A stretch of 63,825 bases of DNA, counting the filler, from Octopus bimaculoides (Eukaryota), in assembly GCF_001194135.2 (NCBI RefSeq). It is 7 parts of 5 records of this genome, joined end to end, with 100 filler letters (N's around TTAATTAATTAA, not from the genome) between each part and the next. Parts side by side here need not be neighbours in the genome. Positions count along the whole stretch, not along the records: positions 1 to 12,771 come from NC_068981.1; positions 12,872 to 25,647 come from NC_068982.1; 5 more parts are not named here. One strand, written 5' to 3'. A program made the translations under genes and the position numbers. Of this stretch, positions 1 to 13,315 are shown piece by piece. The notes beneath the pieces are model-generated. The model did not search any database. It had not been told where the DNA came from and saw only the letters and a program-made list of their open reading frames with translations. How positions within the stretch are numbered: the stretch's first letter is position 1; each line of letters opens with the position of its first letter.

Positions 1-617
1 AGATGTCTATATATACACGCATACACGCATACACGCATATGCCGAATGGCGGTTCAAGTTGACCTGCTAGTCCTTCTATAGCAGCGGTTTAGCGGTTGAA
101 CTGAACCTCTAAAACATTTGACACCAATTCATATTAGCTTGTAGATAGAGACCTATTGTAACTGTCGTCTGCATGTTCTTCAATTGCTGCAGCCGTGACA
201 TACATAGGCAGCAGTCGAAAACAAAAGCCTTGTTATCTAATGTCGTTATTTCGGTTGGGGGGGGGGATATTGATAGTGGCGGTGGTGACAGTGACAATGC
301 TGGTAGTGTCGGCATTGTTGGTGTTGTTATGTTAGTGTTCTTGTCGGTGGTACGACAGTTGCATATGGTGGAAGTCATGTTGTTTAATGGCGACGACGTC
401 GTGAGTGATAGCGTCGGTGGCGGCGGTGGTGGTGGTGATGATGATGATGATGTTGATTATAGTGATGTTGGTGGTTGGTGTTGTTGGGAGACATGGTGAC
501 AGGGGTGGTTTTTGTTGTTGCTATTGCTTGCGGTATTGGTGTTGGTTTTGGCGGTGGATATGGCGGTACATATAGGTAGAGGTGCTGGTGATGAGAATAG
601 AAACGACGGCGGCAGTA

Positions 618-1380
618 TTAGAGCTGGCATAATCGTTACCGCGCCGGACAAAATGCTTTGCGGCATTTCTTCTGGTTTTACGTTCAGTGTTCAAATTCCA
701 CCGAGGTCGACTTTGCATTTCATTCTTTCTGGGTCGATAAAATAAGTACCAGTTGAAACACTCAGTTTACTCCCAACCCCGAAATTGCTGGCCTTGTGCC
801 AAAATTTGAAACTATTATTATCATTAAGGTGGCTAGCTGGTAGAATCGTTACTGTGTCGGACAAAATTCTTGGCAACATTTCTTCCGAGTTTACGTTCCG
901 AGTTCAAAATTCACTGAAGTCGATTTCGCCTTTCATTCTTTCGGGGTAGATAAAATAAGTAGCAGTCAACTACTGGGATCGATTTAATGGACTATAGCTC
1001 CCCCTCCACAATTTCTAGCCTTGTGCGCCTATTGTAGAGAGGATAAGTGTTAGTTTGGTTCCTATCTTTGTTGTTATCGTTTAGCCCAAGGTTGATCCAG
1101 ATTGAGCAGAATTATGATCATAAATATTCCAGTAAAAGCCATCTCTCCCTTTCGTTTCGTAATATATTGGTTTCAGATTTTGGCACAAGGCCAATAGTTT
1201 TGGGGGAGAGGGCCAAGTTTATTAAATCGACCCCGGTGTTCAACTGGTACTTATTTTATCGATCCCGAAAGGATGAAAAGAAAAGGCAACCTCGGCGGCA
1301 TTTGAACTTAGAACGTAGAGACGAACGAAATGCCGCTAAGCATCTTGCTCGGCGTACTAACGCTTCTGCCAGTTCCCCGC
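618..1380. mobile_element. Cluster of family-A SINE copies (~618-780 +, ~826-1040 +, ~1180-1378 -)
   Basis: Repeated gagctggc..aatcgtt..aaatgctt..gttcaaattcc..gaggtcgactttgcatttcat..tcgataaaataagtaccag and its reverse complement. Confidence 0.85.
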
Positions 1381-1793
1381 CCTATGTATCGTAATATTAC
1401 GATAATTTTTTAAAACAATTTTTAAAACAGTCTGGTATGATTTTATATGAAGGCACGTGATCCAGTGGCTAGGCTGTTAGGTCCTCGATTGTAAGGTTGT
1501 GGATTCGATCCCGGGTCAGGTGGCACGTTGTATCATTGGGCAAGTGCTTCAGTTCTCGTGGCTTTAGTCCACTCAGCTATGAGGATCCACTACTCTGCAG
1601 ACTCAGCACAGTAGTATTTCGCATAATGTTAGCACAAGATCTTGCTGGGTGGTTACAAAACACTGGGGATGAGGGCATAAGTAAAACGAAATTTGACTGT
1701 TACTCCAGCTACGTGCGTGTGTGTGTGTTTGTGTGTATGTATGTCTGTATGTGTATGTTTGTGTGCATGTGTGTATGTACATACAGACACACA

Positions 1794-1878
<85 letters not shown>

Positions 1879-2317
1879 CATATATATATTTGTAAGTATA
1901 TATGTGTGTGTGTATGTGTGTTTGTTTATTTGTTTGTGTGTGTGTGTGTTCATACATATGCGTATGTTTGTCTATGTGCATTGACTGTTTTGTTGTGAAA
2001 GAGAGCTGCTGAAGTCTATTGTTGTTATGGAGTGGGAAGTTGTTGATTACTGCTAGTATAAGTAGTTTCATATATAGGTGATGTAAGTCCAAAGACAACA
2101 CCCATATCCAAATGTTTGTCGTACATGTTGTGATTTGTAACATGCAACCTAAAAATCTCAGTACGATGTATAATAATAGAGTTACCTGAAAACTATAATG
2201 TATGTATTTATATATTACAAAGCCACGATGCGAGTTAAAAATGTAAATACATTCTTTTCTATGCTGTTGACATGTAAAACCGGAAGGAAGTATCTTGAAG
2301 GACACGCCCTTTGTTTG

Positions 2318-2527
2318 CTGGCCGCGCTGAAAAGTTCCTGGCTTTAAGGGTGTCGCGAAAGGCCTGGTTGGAGGTCCAAGTTTTTTTTACAGGGCTTATA
2401 AAAACTGAAGGACTACTGCAATAAGTGTATGAATCTGAGAGAGGAATATGTTGAATATAATCATAATTAACTGATCCTCCTATATTTCCTTTATTTCAAA
2501 ATTAATAACTTTTCAGCTCACCCTCGC
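2318..2527. mobile_element. Mariner-derived MITE (related pieces at ~29805-29940, ~30855-31070, ~32010-32135)
   Basis: Ends gctgaaaagttcc / acttttcagctcaccctcg form an inverted pair; internal aaaactgaaggac..tgcaataagtgt also at ~29900. Confidence 0.55.
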
Positions 2528-3313
2528 ATTTTCAATTTCCTAACTTATAGCGCATATCATCTACTCTATAAAGTGGTTATAAATTTGGCTATTTATATTA
2601 CTAGGCACCTTAATTTGCATGTATCTGCTTTTGGTAACTCGTTATTAATGAAACAATATCAATTTTATGCACAACAGAGAGTAAATGAAAAGAAATGAGA
2701 TAAATTTTAAAATAGTAAGGGAAAGGGTGGCTATTTAAAGAGAAGTGAAAAGTAGGAGGAAAAGGAGGAGATGAACTGAAGTAAGTAAATAAGAAAAATA
2801 GAGAGAAAGACAGAATGGATTAAACGGAACAGGAGACACGTAGGATGGAGAGTCGCTGAAGAAGTCACAGGTGTGTGATGAAATATTTCCAGACAATGAC
2901 CATAAAATAAGAACAATAATAAACAAGTGAAGAACGAATATATAGTGCGTGTGTTTATTTGGCAAGAAAGAATGACTGTCCCGAAATATAACAATAAGTA
3001 AATAAGTAAATAGAACAGTAAACAGACAAAAAACTGGAATGGCAGAAAATAAACAGGAAAAATAACGAAAAAGAAGAAAGAAAGAGAAGAAGGAGGAGAA
3101 AGAAGAAATGAAAGGCGAAAAATAATAAAGGAACAAAGACTGATAAAAACTTTTAATTTTTTAGATTTTAATTAGTTCTGTGGGAGGTTTTAGAATGTAA
3201 CACCTACGATAGTCGAGGGATTACTCTGTGTGTGTGTGTGTGTGTGTGCGTATATATATATATATATATATATATATANNNNNNNNNNTCCATCACAAAG
3301 ACACACACACACA

Positions 3314-3351
<38 letters not shown>

Positions 3352-3616
3352 ATCACAAACACACACACACACACACGTGTGTGTGTGTGTGTGTGTGCGT
3401 ACATGCGCGCGCGCGTGTCTTTGTATTTGTGTTTGTCCCCCACTTCACAACCAGTGTTAGTGTTTTTATGTCCCCGTAACTTAGCGCTTCGGCAAAAGAT
3501 TCGATAGAATAAGTACCAGTCTTTAAAAATGTGTTGGAACCGATTTATTTAACTGAAAATCCTTCAAGGTGATGCCCTAGCATGGCCGCAGTCTAATGAC
3601 AGAAACAAGTGAAAGG

Positions 3617-3652
<36 letters not shown>

Positions 3653-4164
3653 GAGTTATTTAGTTCCAAGATGCATTACATGGATCCTGTGAGATGTATC
3701 ATCAGTGATATTTCGAGGGTCTCAGGAGCTTTCGGGTTGTTCATCATAAGAGCCGCCTCCCACTTCGCTCTGCGGGGGTTCTGATGTTGAGAGACCCGGA
3801 AGCCTCTTAAAGCATGTTATCAGTAGAGTAACAAGCCATGTGAATAGATAATGCAAAAGAGATAATAGATAATGAGAAATACAAGAAAGAGGGTTTTAAA
3901 TGAAATAAAATATAAATAAAATAAAATAAATGCGGATGGAGATGAGACGAGGCGAAGTTTTTAGGTAAAATAAAGAAAGAAGCAATATTCTTCAGAATGA
4001 TGTAAAGTAGGATTTGAAAATATGAATTAGAAAAAAAAATTTAATTACAATGTAATATATTACATATACAACACTGATTTCCTGGAACCTTTGGTTCCAA
4101 AGCCTTTCTAGTTTACTGCGTTTTCCAAACCAAGGTCAACACACTTTCAATTAAACAAATGTTA

Positions 4165-5682
4165 ACTTCAAATTTTAGCACAAGAACAGCAATTTCGAGG
4201 AAATAGGAAGGGGTTGAGTCGATTACATCGGCTCCAGTGATCAACTGGTACTTATTTTATCGGCTCCTACAGGCTGGATGGTAAAGTCGATCGCAGCGGA
4301 GTTTGAACTCGGAACACAAAGATGGACGAAATGCCGCAAAGCGTTTTGCCTGGCAAGCTAACGATTCAGCCAGCTTATGCCTTGAAAATCAAATGAAATA
4401 CAGTTACCTTCACATTAGTATAAATGATACAAGTTTATTAATACTGTACTGTGTAAATGTGCTAATAAACTAGTCTGGCTGTCGCCGCAATTTTAAATTC
4501 CTGCTCGTAAATTAGTGCAGATTGTAAGAGCTTTCTGTCGGTTTTATACGTGGGTGGGTTGGGGGAACATATTAATGCATAAAATAGGTATTCGGAAGTT
4601 AGCTGTTCAATACATGCATTTCAGTAAATGTTTGTGGAAAAATTATTACATAAATTAGAAGTATTTAGTGCGAGAGAAGTAAGGGCAAACTCACTGTACT
4701 TAGTGGAGGTATTATCAATAAGTCGAAATGTTATCAGATAATCGGAAACTGAGTGGATCTTGTTAATGTGTCAGAGGAGAATCTGATGGATTAAATCATT
4801 ATCATGTAGACCAGTGGTTCTCAGCCGGGGTCCATATGACCCTTGGGGTTCTATATAAGATTTTGTTGTTAAAATTCATCTGCAATGAATATGTTATACT
4901 TCTACAATACATAAAATATTTTAACAATTTTTTTATACACTTCCTAATAGTATTTAGTTATAAAAATATAATATGATTTTCTGAACATCGAATGACTATT
5001 AGGGAATCAAAAGTGTCCATAAGTAAAAAAAGGTTGAGAAGGTATTGTGAAAGGAGTAGAACCGCCAAGGAGGTTTCCAAATGTTCAAATATGAATGTAA
5101 AGAAGATGTGAATAATAACACTGTATTAAGTATGAAATATTAGGTTATGAAACTCTTGGAGAATTTATTTACTGGTGTTTGAGACCTATTTCAGACTTGG
5201 GTTGTTTTCAAGGATATATAAAATAATGAAAGCACAATAATATTGTAGTAATAGTCCTTACTACGACGGGTACAAGGCCTGAAATTTTGTTGGAGGGGGC
5301 TAGTCGATAATATCGACCCCAATGCTCAACTGGTACTTATATCATCGACCCCGAAAGAATGAAAGGCAAAATTGACCTTGGTGGAATTTGAACTCAGACG
5401 GACGAAATACCACTAAGCATTTTTGCCTGGCGTGTTAATGATTCTTCCAGCTCAACGAATTATAGTAATAATCTTTTCTATTTTAGGTATAAGGCTCGAA
5501 AGTTTGGGGGATGGGGCTAGTCGATTAGATCGACCCAGTACGCAACTGGTACTTAATTTATCGACCCCGAAAGGATGAAACGTAAAATCGACCCCGGCGG
5601 AATTTGAACTTAGAACGTAAAGACGGACGAAATACCGCCAAGCATTTCGTCCGGCGTGCCAGCGTTTTTGCCAGCTCGCCGC
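4165..5682 (-). mobile_element. Family-A SINE copies (~4165-4385, ~5268-5455, ~5485-5682)
   Basis: Reverse complement of the family-A consensus (actggtacttatttatcgaccccgaaag.atgaaaggcaaa.tcgacc..ggaatttgaactc). Confidence 0.85.
4812..5040. mobile_element. hAT-type MITE
   Basis: Starts cagtggttctcagcc, ends aaaaggttgagaa; the same terminus recurs at ~33901 and ~39908. Confidence 0.5.
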
Positions 5683-5699
5683 TGATGTCGATACATATA

Positions 5700-6420
5700 T
5701 GACCTATTAATGGTTGGCTGCATCTGGACTTAGATCGGAAACAAAAGGCTTCGTTTTAGCAGCTCAGGATCAGTGTTTGTCTACCAGAAACTACCGAGTC
5801 AGCATTCTTAAAAAAGCTGCTGAGCCTGTCTGTCGCTTTTGTGGTGCAACTAAGGAAACAATTGATCACCTCACCTCTGGATGTTCTGTCGGTGTTCTGT
5901 CTTAGCCTTAAATGAATTTATTAATCGTCATGATAGACTTGACCAGTATTTGCACTGGATCATTTGTAATTAAGTTTAGACTTTCAAATGAGAATTGACA
6001 GGAGCATAAGCTAATAGAAAAATAAAGATATCACCATTCTCTGGGATTTTAGTATTCAGACTCATCGAGATATTCAGGCCAATAGACCAAATATTGTGGT
6101 GGGAATCACATTGACAAAACATGTCTATTAATAGGTATTCCAATCCCAGCAGACTGCAACACTTCCGTAAAAAACATTTGAAAAGTTAAGTGAATATAAG
6201 GACCTTGAAATAGGGGTCTCATAAAATGTGGCACCTAAGAACAAGAACTGTACCTATGGTCATTGGAGCTTTGGGGGATAATACCAAATGGCGCTCTTCA
6301 ATTCATAGCCAAATGCCAGGAAACCTATTTATATTAGAATTTTTTTTAAATGCTCATGTGTACAACCTACATCTTTAGGAAAACATTGTCAAATTGAAAA
6401 TACATGATTCTCTTAAAACT
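5700..6420 (+). mobile_element. R4/Dong-clade LINE, decayed 3' end (CCHC finger + RLE endonuclease)
   Basis: SGLRSETKGFVLAAQDQ...CRFCGATKETIDHLTSGC; with frameshifts: HDRL.QYLHWIIC, ITILWDFSIQTHRDIQANRPNIVV, FEKLSEYKDLEI, KMWHLRTRTVPMVIGALG. Confidence 0.82.
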
Positions 6421-6554
6421 CTTTCAAAATTGGAATATTACAAATCTAACAGAAACTTAGTTCAAAGATTGATTTCCTTTCAATATATCATCCATGATAA
6501 AGGCGGCGAGCTTGGCAGTATCGTTAGCACGCGTGGCGAAATGCTTAGAGGTGT

Positions 6555-6588
<34 letters not shown>

Positions 6589-7282
6589 CGATGTAAAAAG
6601 CTTCACATCCACACACTGAAATACGCTAAAAGCACCAAGTCACAAATTCGGGACAACACCTAATAAAAATATAAAAAAATATAAAAAAATATTAAAAATT
6701 AAAAACAAACGATAAAGCTCCAAAAATACTAGCACGTATACAAAAGTGGGGCTGTAATAAAATATATATAGATTTGGGGTCCATTCAATGTTAATCATAT
6801 TTGGATCTGTTCAGTTTGGTTCACAGCATTTTTTAATTAATATTTTAAAACGAAACTGTTTGAAACTTCGTATTCTTCTCACGCAGAACACAGTTTACTT
6901 TGAAAATTTTTGATAAAATTTGGTATTTTAGAAGTTATTTCCTGTTAAAGTTGTCGTATTTGGGTAATTTCAACCAATCAACGACGTGCATTCCGTTGAA
7001 GAAAGTTACTGCTGTTTGCGATAATAATCGAAGAGGAACAACTTCCGGGTCATCTCTACTAAATGTCACTACTCGTATGTCGAGCGGCCACCTTTATCCT
7101 TTCTTCCTTTTTAGTCAGCATTGTGAATTCCTTACTCTTTCCCTCCTTCTACACTATCAATTAGCAACCAGCGAGCGAACTTGTCACTGCCATTACAATT
7201 ACCGTATTTTTCGGTGTATAAGCCGCTATTTGTTTTGTTTTACCTTCATGTTTTGATAATGTTATTTTTAATCTAATAAAGA

Positions 7283-7338
<56 letters not shown>

Positions 7339-7599
7339 CATGCATACACATATACATATATATATATTTTGGAACATGTGATTAGGAAGCAATAATGTTC
7401 CCCAACTATATAGGTTATAAATATATACAACAGTAATATGGTGGTGTAATAATATTCAATTCCTTTTCATTTTATATAATGTACGGAAATTAAGATTGCA
7501 AAACATACATAATTATATAGACATATAGATACATAGTTACATAATTCTATAATTATATAAATTTAGAAAAAATGTATTTATGTTCATGCAAACATTGGT

Positions 7600-8571
7600 A
7601 AACTTTTTTTCTGATTTATCATTTAAGAGATTGTGCTTAAAGAATACGTTTCATTTAGGCAGAGAGAACATGTCTTAGCTGGTGGTTTATAAGGTCGAGC
7701 ATTATTTAAAACTTTCCATCTAATTTTATCTATATGTTTCCAAATAAATTTACTAAGTCCTGTGCTATTACGTTTATTAATATTTCTAAATGAGGCTTCA
7801 TGGTTCGCTATACGATATTTCACGTAACATGCTCCAAGATAATAGAAATATCTACCTTTTAAGACGGCAAGCTGGCAGAAACGTTAGCACGCCGGGCGAA
7901 ATGCTTAACGGTAGTTCGTCTGCCACTACGTTCTGAGTTCAAATTCCGCCGAGGTCGACTTTGCCTTTCATCCTTTCGGGGTCGATTAAATAAGTACCAG
8001 TTACGCACTGGGGTCGATATAATCGACTTAATCCCTTTGTCTGTCATTGTTTGTCCCCTCTATGTTTAGCCTCTTCAGAACAATAAAGAAATAAGAAATA
8101 TCTACCTTCGGATTCAACTGTGACTTGGTATACTAGATTTTCGTGTTTGCAGTAATTATCAAATTTACAATTTGCCTTAACTCTACAGTCACATAAAGCA
8201 TTTAGATTATTATTACCTGTATCGGTAATATCTTTACGATTTCCTCTAGGTATAATATTAGAGACAGTTTGAGCAGAATGTGTATTCCTAGCTGATGTGG
8301 GAATACTTCTATTCATATGATATTCATCAAGTTTATTGTTATTTAAAGATGATATTTGTCGAAATATGTTTTTAGCAATAGAAAATCCCATCCTTATTGA
8401 ATTATTATTCATTATGATACTGTGTTTACTAGAAATAAAATGCGTATCTATTATTGAACGAGTTACTTTGATAAGGTTTGTCTTTATTTTCTTCTATAAG
8501 GTAAGATAAGCCAAATTATATTATTATTATGATTATTATTATTATTATTATCATTATTGGTGTTGTTGTTG

Positions 8572-8611
<40 letters not shown>

Positions 8612-8728
8612 GTTTTTGTGGCGTTTATGGTTGTTGTCAGGTATATATTTTATATATGGTTTAAGTTATGCTTAAAGCATTTATTAGTTTTGTAGTTTGA
8701 TTCAGTATGATAGAGATTCTTGTTGTTG

Positions 8729-8772
<44 letters not shown>

Positions 8773-9400
8773 ATTATAACTACTTGATAGTTTTTATTAG
8801 TATTGTTATGCTTCTTAATCTTAAGTGTGGGTTCAATTATATCTGTAGACAATTTGTCATTTATCTTGTTGATTGTCTGGTGGTTATCATTATTTTCAAA
8901 TTTAATTTTTTTTATGTATACCTTGCCTTATCCAATGCAGAGTTATAAAAGTCCTTAAACATATTAAAGATTTCTTTGTTAGATGAGAGGTAATTAATTC
9001 TAAGTTGTATATTATTAACTAAACATTTGGTAATTATTTTGGGATGATTACTATTATAATTAATATATTTTAGTTTAGAATTAGGTTTGTCATACGGTGC
9101 ATGGTTTCCTGTGTGTAGGTTAAGGTTGATATCTAAAAAAAATTACGGAACTATGCTCGTTTTCTAGACATTTTCAGGCCAAATGTACTAAAGAATCTAT
9201 GAAATTATTTTGCATAATTTTCTGATTTTCTATTGCTTGCAGATTTAATTATATATAATGCATCGTCCCTATATAAACCTCCGGCTACTTCTGGAAATTA
9301 TATATATATATATTAATTATATATATAAATATAATAATAATAATAATAATATTTTATAGTCATTACACGGTGATCGCTTATAAGCTTTAAGCTTATAACA

Positions 9401-9448
<48 letters not shown>

Positions 9449-9500
9449 CATTTACAGAATTGTAAAAATCGACACTGCTTACCAAAAACCATACATATAT
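7600..9500 (-). mobile_element. Penelope-like retroelement remnant (RT + GIY-YIG), interrupted by a SINE and microsatellites
   Basis: Minus-strand motifs: VDFYNSV (~9460), GGLYRDDALY (~9260-9285), FLDINLNL..PYDKPNSKLKYINYNSNHP (~9050-9140), CDCRVKANC..LVYQVTVESEGRYF|YYLGAC..IANHEASFRN..TGLSKFIW..CSLCLNE. Confidence 0.87.
7859..8093 (+). mobile_element. tRNA-derived SINE (family A), full-length, with 15-bp TSD
   Basis: A-box-like TGGCAGAAACGTTAG, B-box-like GAGTTCAAATTCC. AGAAATATCTACCTT duplicated at 7844-7858 and 8094-8108 (partly overlapping the A-rich tail). Confidence 0.9.
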
Positions 9501-9536
9501 ACATATATATAAATATATGCATGCACACACACATAA

Positions 9537-9587
<51 letters not shown>

Positions 9588-10923
9588 CCTATGTATATAC
9601 ATATACACACATATATATATCTTAGACTTATACACGTATATAGATAGATAAACACAAGTATGTATGTATGTATAGATATATGTATGTGTGCGTATGTGTG
9701 CATGTATGTGTGTATATGTGTGCGTGCGTGTGTATACATGTGTGTGTGCGTGTGTATATATGTGTGCATGCGTGTATTATTTAAATGTCAATAATTCCAA
9801 AGTCTTTTTACACACACACACACACACACACAAACAAACAAACACATTTATATATACATATGCATCTTTCTCTCTTCATCTCTCTGTTTGTGTACTTCTG
9901 TCCGTCGGTCTCTCTCCTTTTTTCTCGCTATTTTCCTCTATCTGCATACACACACACACACATACACACACACACACACGCACGCACGCACACGCACACA
10001 CACACACACACAGCACACACACACACACACACACATACANNNNNNNNNNNNNNNNNNNNNNNNNNNNNNNNNNNNNNNNNNNNNNNNNNNNNNNNNNNNN
10101 NNNNNNNNNNNNNNNNNNNNNNNNNNNNNNNNNNNNNNNNNNNNNNNNNNNNNNNNNNNNNNNNNNNNNNNNNNNNNNNNNNNNNNNNNNNNNNNNNNNN
10201 NNNNNNNNNNNNNNNNNNNNNNNNNNNNNNNNNNNNNNNNNNNNNNNNNNNNNNNNNNNNNNNNNNNNNNNNNNNNNNNNNNNNNNNNNNNNNNNNNNNN
10301 NNNNNNNNNNNNNNNNNNNNNNNNNNNNNNNNNNNNNNNNNNNNNNNNNNNNNNNNNNNNNNNNNNNNNNNNNNNNNNNNNNNNNNNNNNNNNNNNNNNN
10401 NNNNNNNNNNNNNNNNNNNNNNNNNNNNNNNNNNNNNNNNNNNNNNNNNNNNNNNNNNNNNNNNNNNNNNNNNNNNNNNNNNNNNNNNNNNNNNNNNNNN
10501 NNNNNNNNNNNNNNNNNNNNNNNNNNNNNNNNNNNNNNNNNNNNNNNNNNNNNNNNNNNNNNNNNNNNNNNNNNNNNNNNNNNNNNNNNNNNNNNNNNNN
10601 NNNNNNNNNNNNNNNNNNNNNNNNNNNNNNNNNNNNNNNNNNNNNNNNNNNNNNNNNNNNNNNNNNNNNNNNNNNNNNNNNNNNNNNNNNNNNNNNNNNN
10701 NNNNNNNNNNNNNNNNNNNNNNNNNNNNNNNNNNNNNNNNNNNNNNNNNNNNNNNNNNNNNNNNNNNNNNNNNNNNNNNNNNNNNNNNNNNNNNNNNNNN
10801 NNNNNNNNNNNNNNNNNNNNNNNNNNNNNNNNNNNNNNNNNNNNNNNNNNNNNNNNNNNNNNNNNNNNNNNNNNNNNNNNNNNNNNNNNNNNNNNNNNNN
10901 NNNNNNNNNNNNNNNNNNNNNNN

Positions 10924-10992
<69 letters not shown>

Positions 10993-11569
10993 TGCACAAA
11001 CACACATACATACACGACTGGCTTCCACAGAATTTTCGTCTACCAAATCCACTCACAAGGCTTTGGTCAGATCGGGGCGATAGCAGAAGACACTTGCTCA
11101 AAGTATCGCACTTCGGGAACGAAATTGAAACCACGAGGTAGCAAAGCGAACTTCTTAACTACACAGCCATTACCTGCGCCTAATAAAACGAAATTAAATT
11201 GTACCAACCGAGAATTGAAATCACGTCGTGGTTTCCACTCCAGAAGAGTGCAATCTTTGTTCATTGACATTGGCCATATAAATGACATATTGAGGTCTAA
11301 GAGATCTGATATATTGTAATGTTATTACCTTTTTATAAGTCCTGAGTATGACTTTAAACTGCATCTAGTAGAGGGTTCCTAGGTCTTCTTTGACCTGGTG
11401 TATGTCAGGATTCCAGCTATGGGTTCACTAGTGTATGAACGATGGGACGTAGAAATACTTAGGTTGATGTCCAAGGGTGCAGTAAGCCCACTAGTTTTGA
11501 GGGAACCCTGGTCTTTATTAAGGTATCCTTCTAGGAGAAGGCTAACCTGTATATAACATGTACTTTTAA

Positions 11570-11657
11570 GGAGTGTGTAACCACCTTTTAGTCACTATTG
11601 CTCCTAGGTTTACTCTGACCTAGGAGCAATAGTGACTAAAAGGTGGTTACACACTCC
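11570..11657. repeat. Perfect 40-bp inverted repeat, 8-nt loop
   Basis: 11570-11609 is the exact reverse complement of 11618-11657; loop TTACTCTG. Confidence 0.97.
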
Positions 11658-12682
11658 AGCAATGTGTTAAATAGCATGTAATCGTCCGAATCAGGGTACG
11701 TTGAAATCATGGGGTTCAGCAGGCTGGGTGTAAACTATTGAGTTAATGGCGAATGTCACGAGACGCTGAGCGGATGAACGAGCAACAGCCAGGATCAACC
11801 AGTTCACTTAGCGAACTACATCTATCATCTGAAGTCATGGCGTGTGAAGATGAAATATTTAATTGGTGCAAGATAAAAATGTCTGACGCTCAGGCCAGAA
11901 ACCCATGCTTCACCATTGCGCGAGCGGGGACATCTTGTGTGGAAGAGTTGCATTGTTCCAGGCAGTCAACTGACTAGAAGACGACGACGACAACAATGAT
12001 GATGATGATGATGAGGTAGTAGTAGTAATAGTAGATAAAGATATAAAGCAAACTTAGATATCGGCAGATGTCTCTAAATGTTGCCAGACGTCGGGAATCG
12101 CCATCGGGTTCCACAACAGCTTCTAAGAAAAGTAAAGAAAAGGAAAGAGACTTGGAAGCAGCTTGCTAGTACAAGTGCAATCAATCGAAGACTCCGCATA
12201 CCGGATGCGGGGTTTTAGCGGGTTGGGGGTAGAGGTATAAGGATAGAATGTGCAGCGTTTCGGGGGTAAGGTTGGGGCTTTGACGGGCATTCTCTCCCGA
12301 CGACCCTTCGCTTCGTTGTTACCAGATGTCACGCAGCAACATTATCAGTTAAGTTAGAGGTCACTAATATTGTCAGCTTACTAAGATGTCACTAGATGTC
12401 ACCAGCAACATTATCAGATCAACATCAGATGTGACCATTAAAACTGCTAGCAATTTTCCTGTCACATGACCTTGCAGTAATCTGATAATATATCTCAGTG
12501 CATTAAATGTAATAAAAAAAAAGTTATAAAAAAAAGTCTACTCGCAGGCAGTGGCCTGATTCTGCAGCACATTCCGCCGCTACCCCTGCCTTAATGAATA
12601 AAGATAGTTATGTTGATATAAATGTCCTCTTACATTAAAAAAGAATGTATACGCAAACGTAAGTACATATACATGTATATCA

Positions 12683-12715
<33 letters not shown>

Positions 12716-12771
12716 CTTCAAAATATAGATACATGTGTGTTTCTGTGTGTGAGCATTTATATATATATATA

Positions 12772-12871
12772 NNNNNNNNNNNNNNNNNNNNNNNNNNNNN
12801 NNNNNNNNNNNNNNNTTAATTAATTAANNNNNNNNNNNNNNNNNNNNNNNNNNNNNNNNNNNNNNNNNNNN
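12772..12871. other. Artificial scaffold spacer N44-TTAATTAATTAA-N44 (12-mers at 12816, 25692, 32628, 52488, 60798, 62648)
   Basis: Identical 12-mer with stops in all six frames, centred in identical 100-bp N blocks six times. Confidence 0.95.
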
Positions 12872-13315
12872 CCAACAGTATGTTTATCCAACATTTCACA
12901 AAACTTTATTAAAACTTCCATCGTTGAATGTTTTAACATCGTAACGTTGTCACCTTGTATAAAATGCCAGCTTCCACATCGTGTTCTCTGATGGAGGGAA
13001 AATGATCAAACTTTAAACCTCTGTTACAGTTTTCTAAAGTTTTTCTGGAATAAGTGAATAGCATCAGATTCAACGGGATAAATTACACCAATATATCAAA
13101 TTTGAAAATTTTCGCTTAATTTTAAAATTTCAGAAGGTGAAATCAAGCAGAAAAGATCCTAATATTTAAAAATGAACTTCATTTGGTCACATTCTATGAG
13201 AATAAATTGGTCAGCTTGTTAACTTTCCAGTCGATCCTCATAATAATAAAAGTTATTATTATTGAACATTTGTTTGTTTTGATACCCAAATTAGAAAACT
13301 TCACCTTGTTTGTAA

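Noticed and set aside
1990-2190. Minus-strand acceptor (ttttcag at ~2186) with two open frames
   Set aside because: No partner exons or homology; AT-rich chance ORFs are likely.
1603-2305. Long ORFs of YI/CV/HT repeats (also around 3.2, 9.4-11.3, 15, 17.7-19, 21-22.8, 25, 32, 59-60 kb)
   Set aside because: Translations of microsatellites and N-gaps; no coding signal.
3670-3725. Minus-strand GAAATATC-A-CTGATGA-TACAT..ATGTA as a hammerhead; also a candidate exon at 3680-3806
   Set aside because: No stem I and no GAAA after stem II; exon frames unrecognisable, acceptor weak.
7862-7950. tRNA gene (A/B boxes)
   Set aside because: Head of a multi-copy SINE; no complete cloverleaf. No genuine tRNA or rRNA seen in the window.
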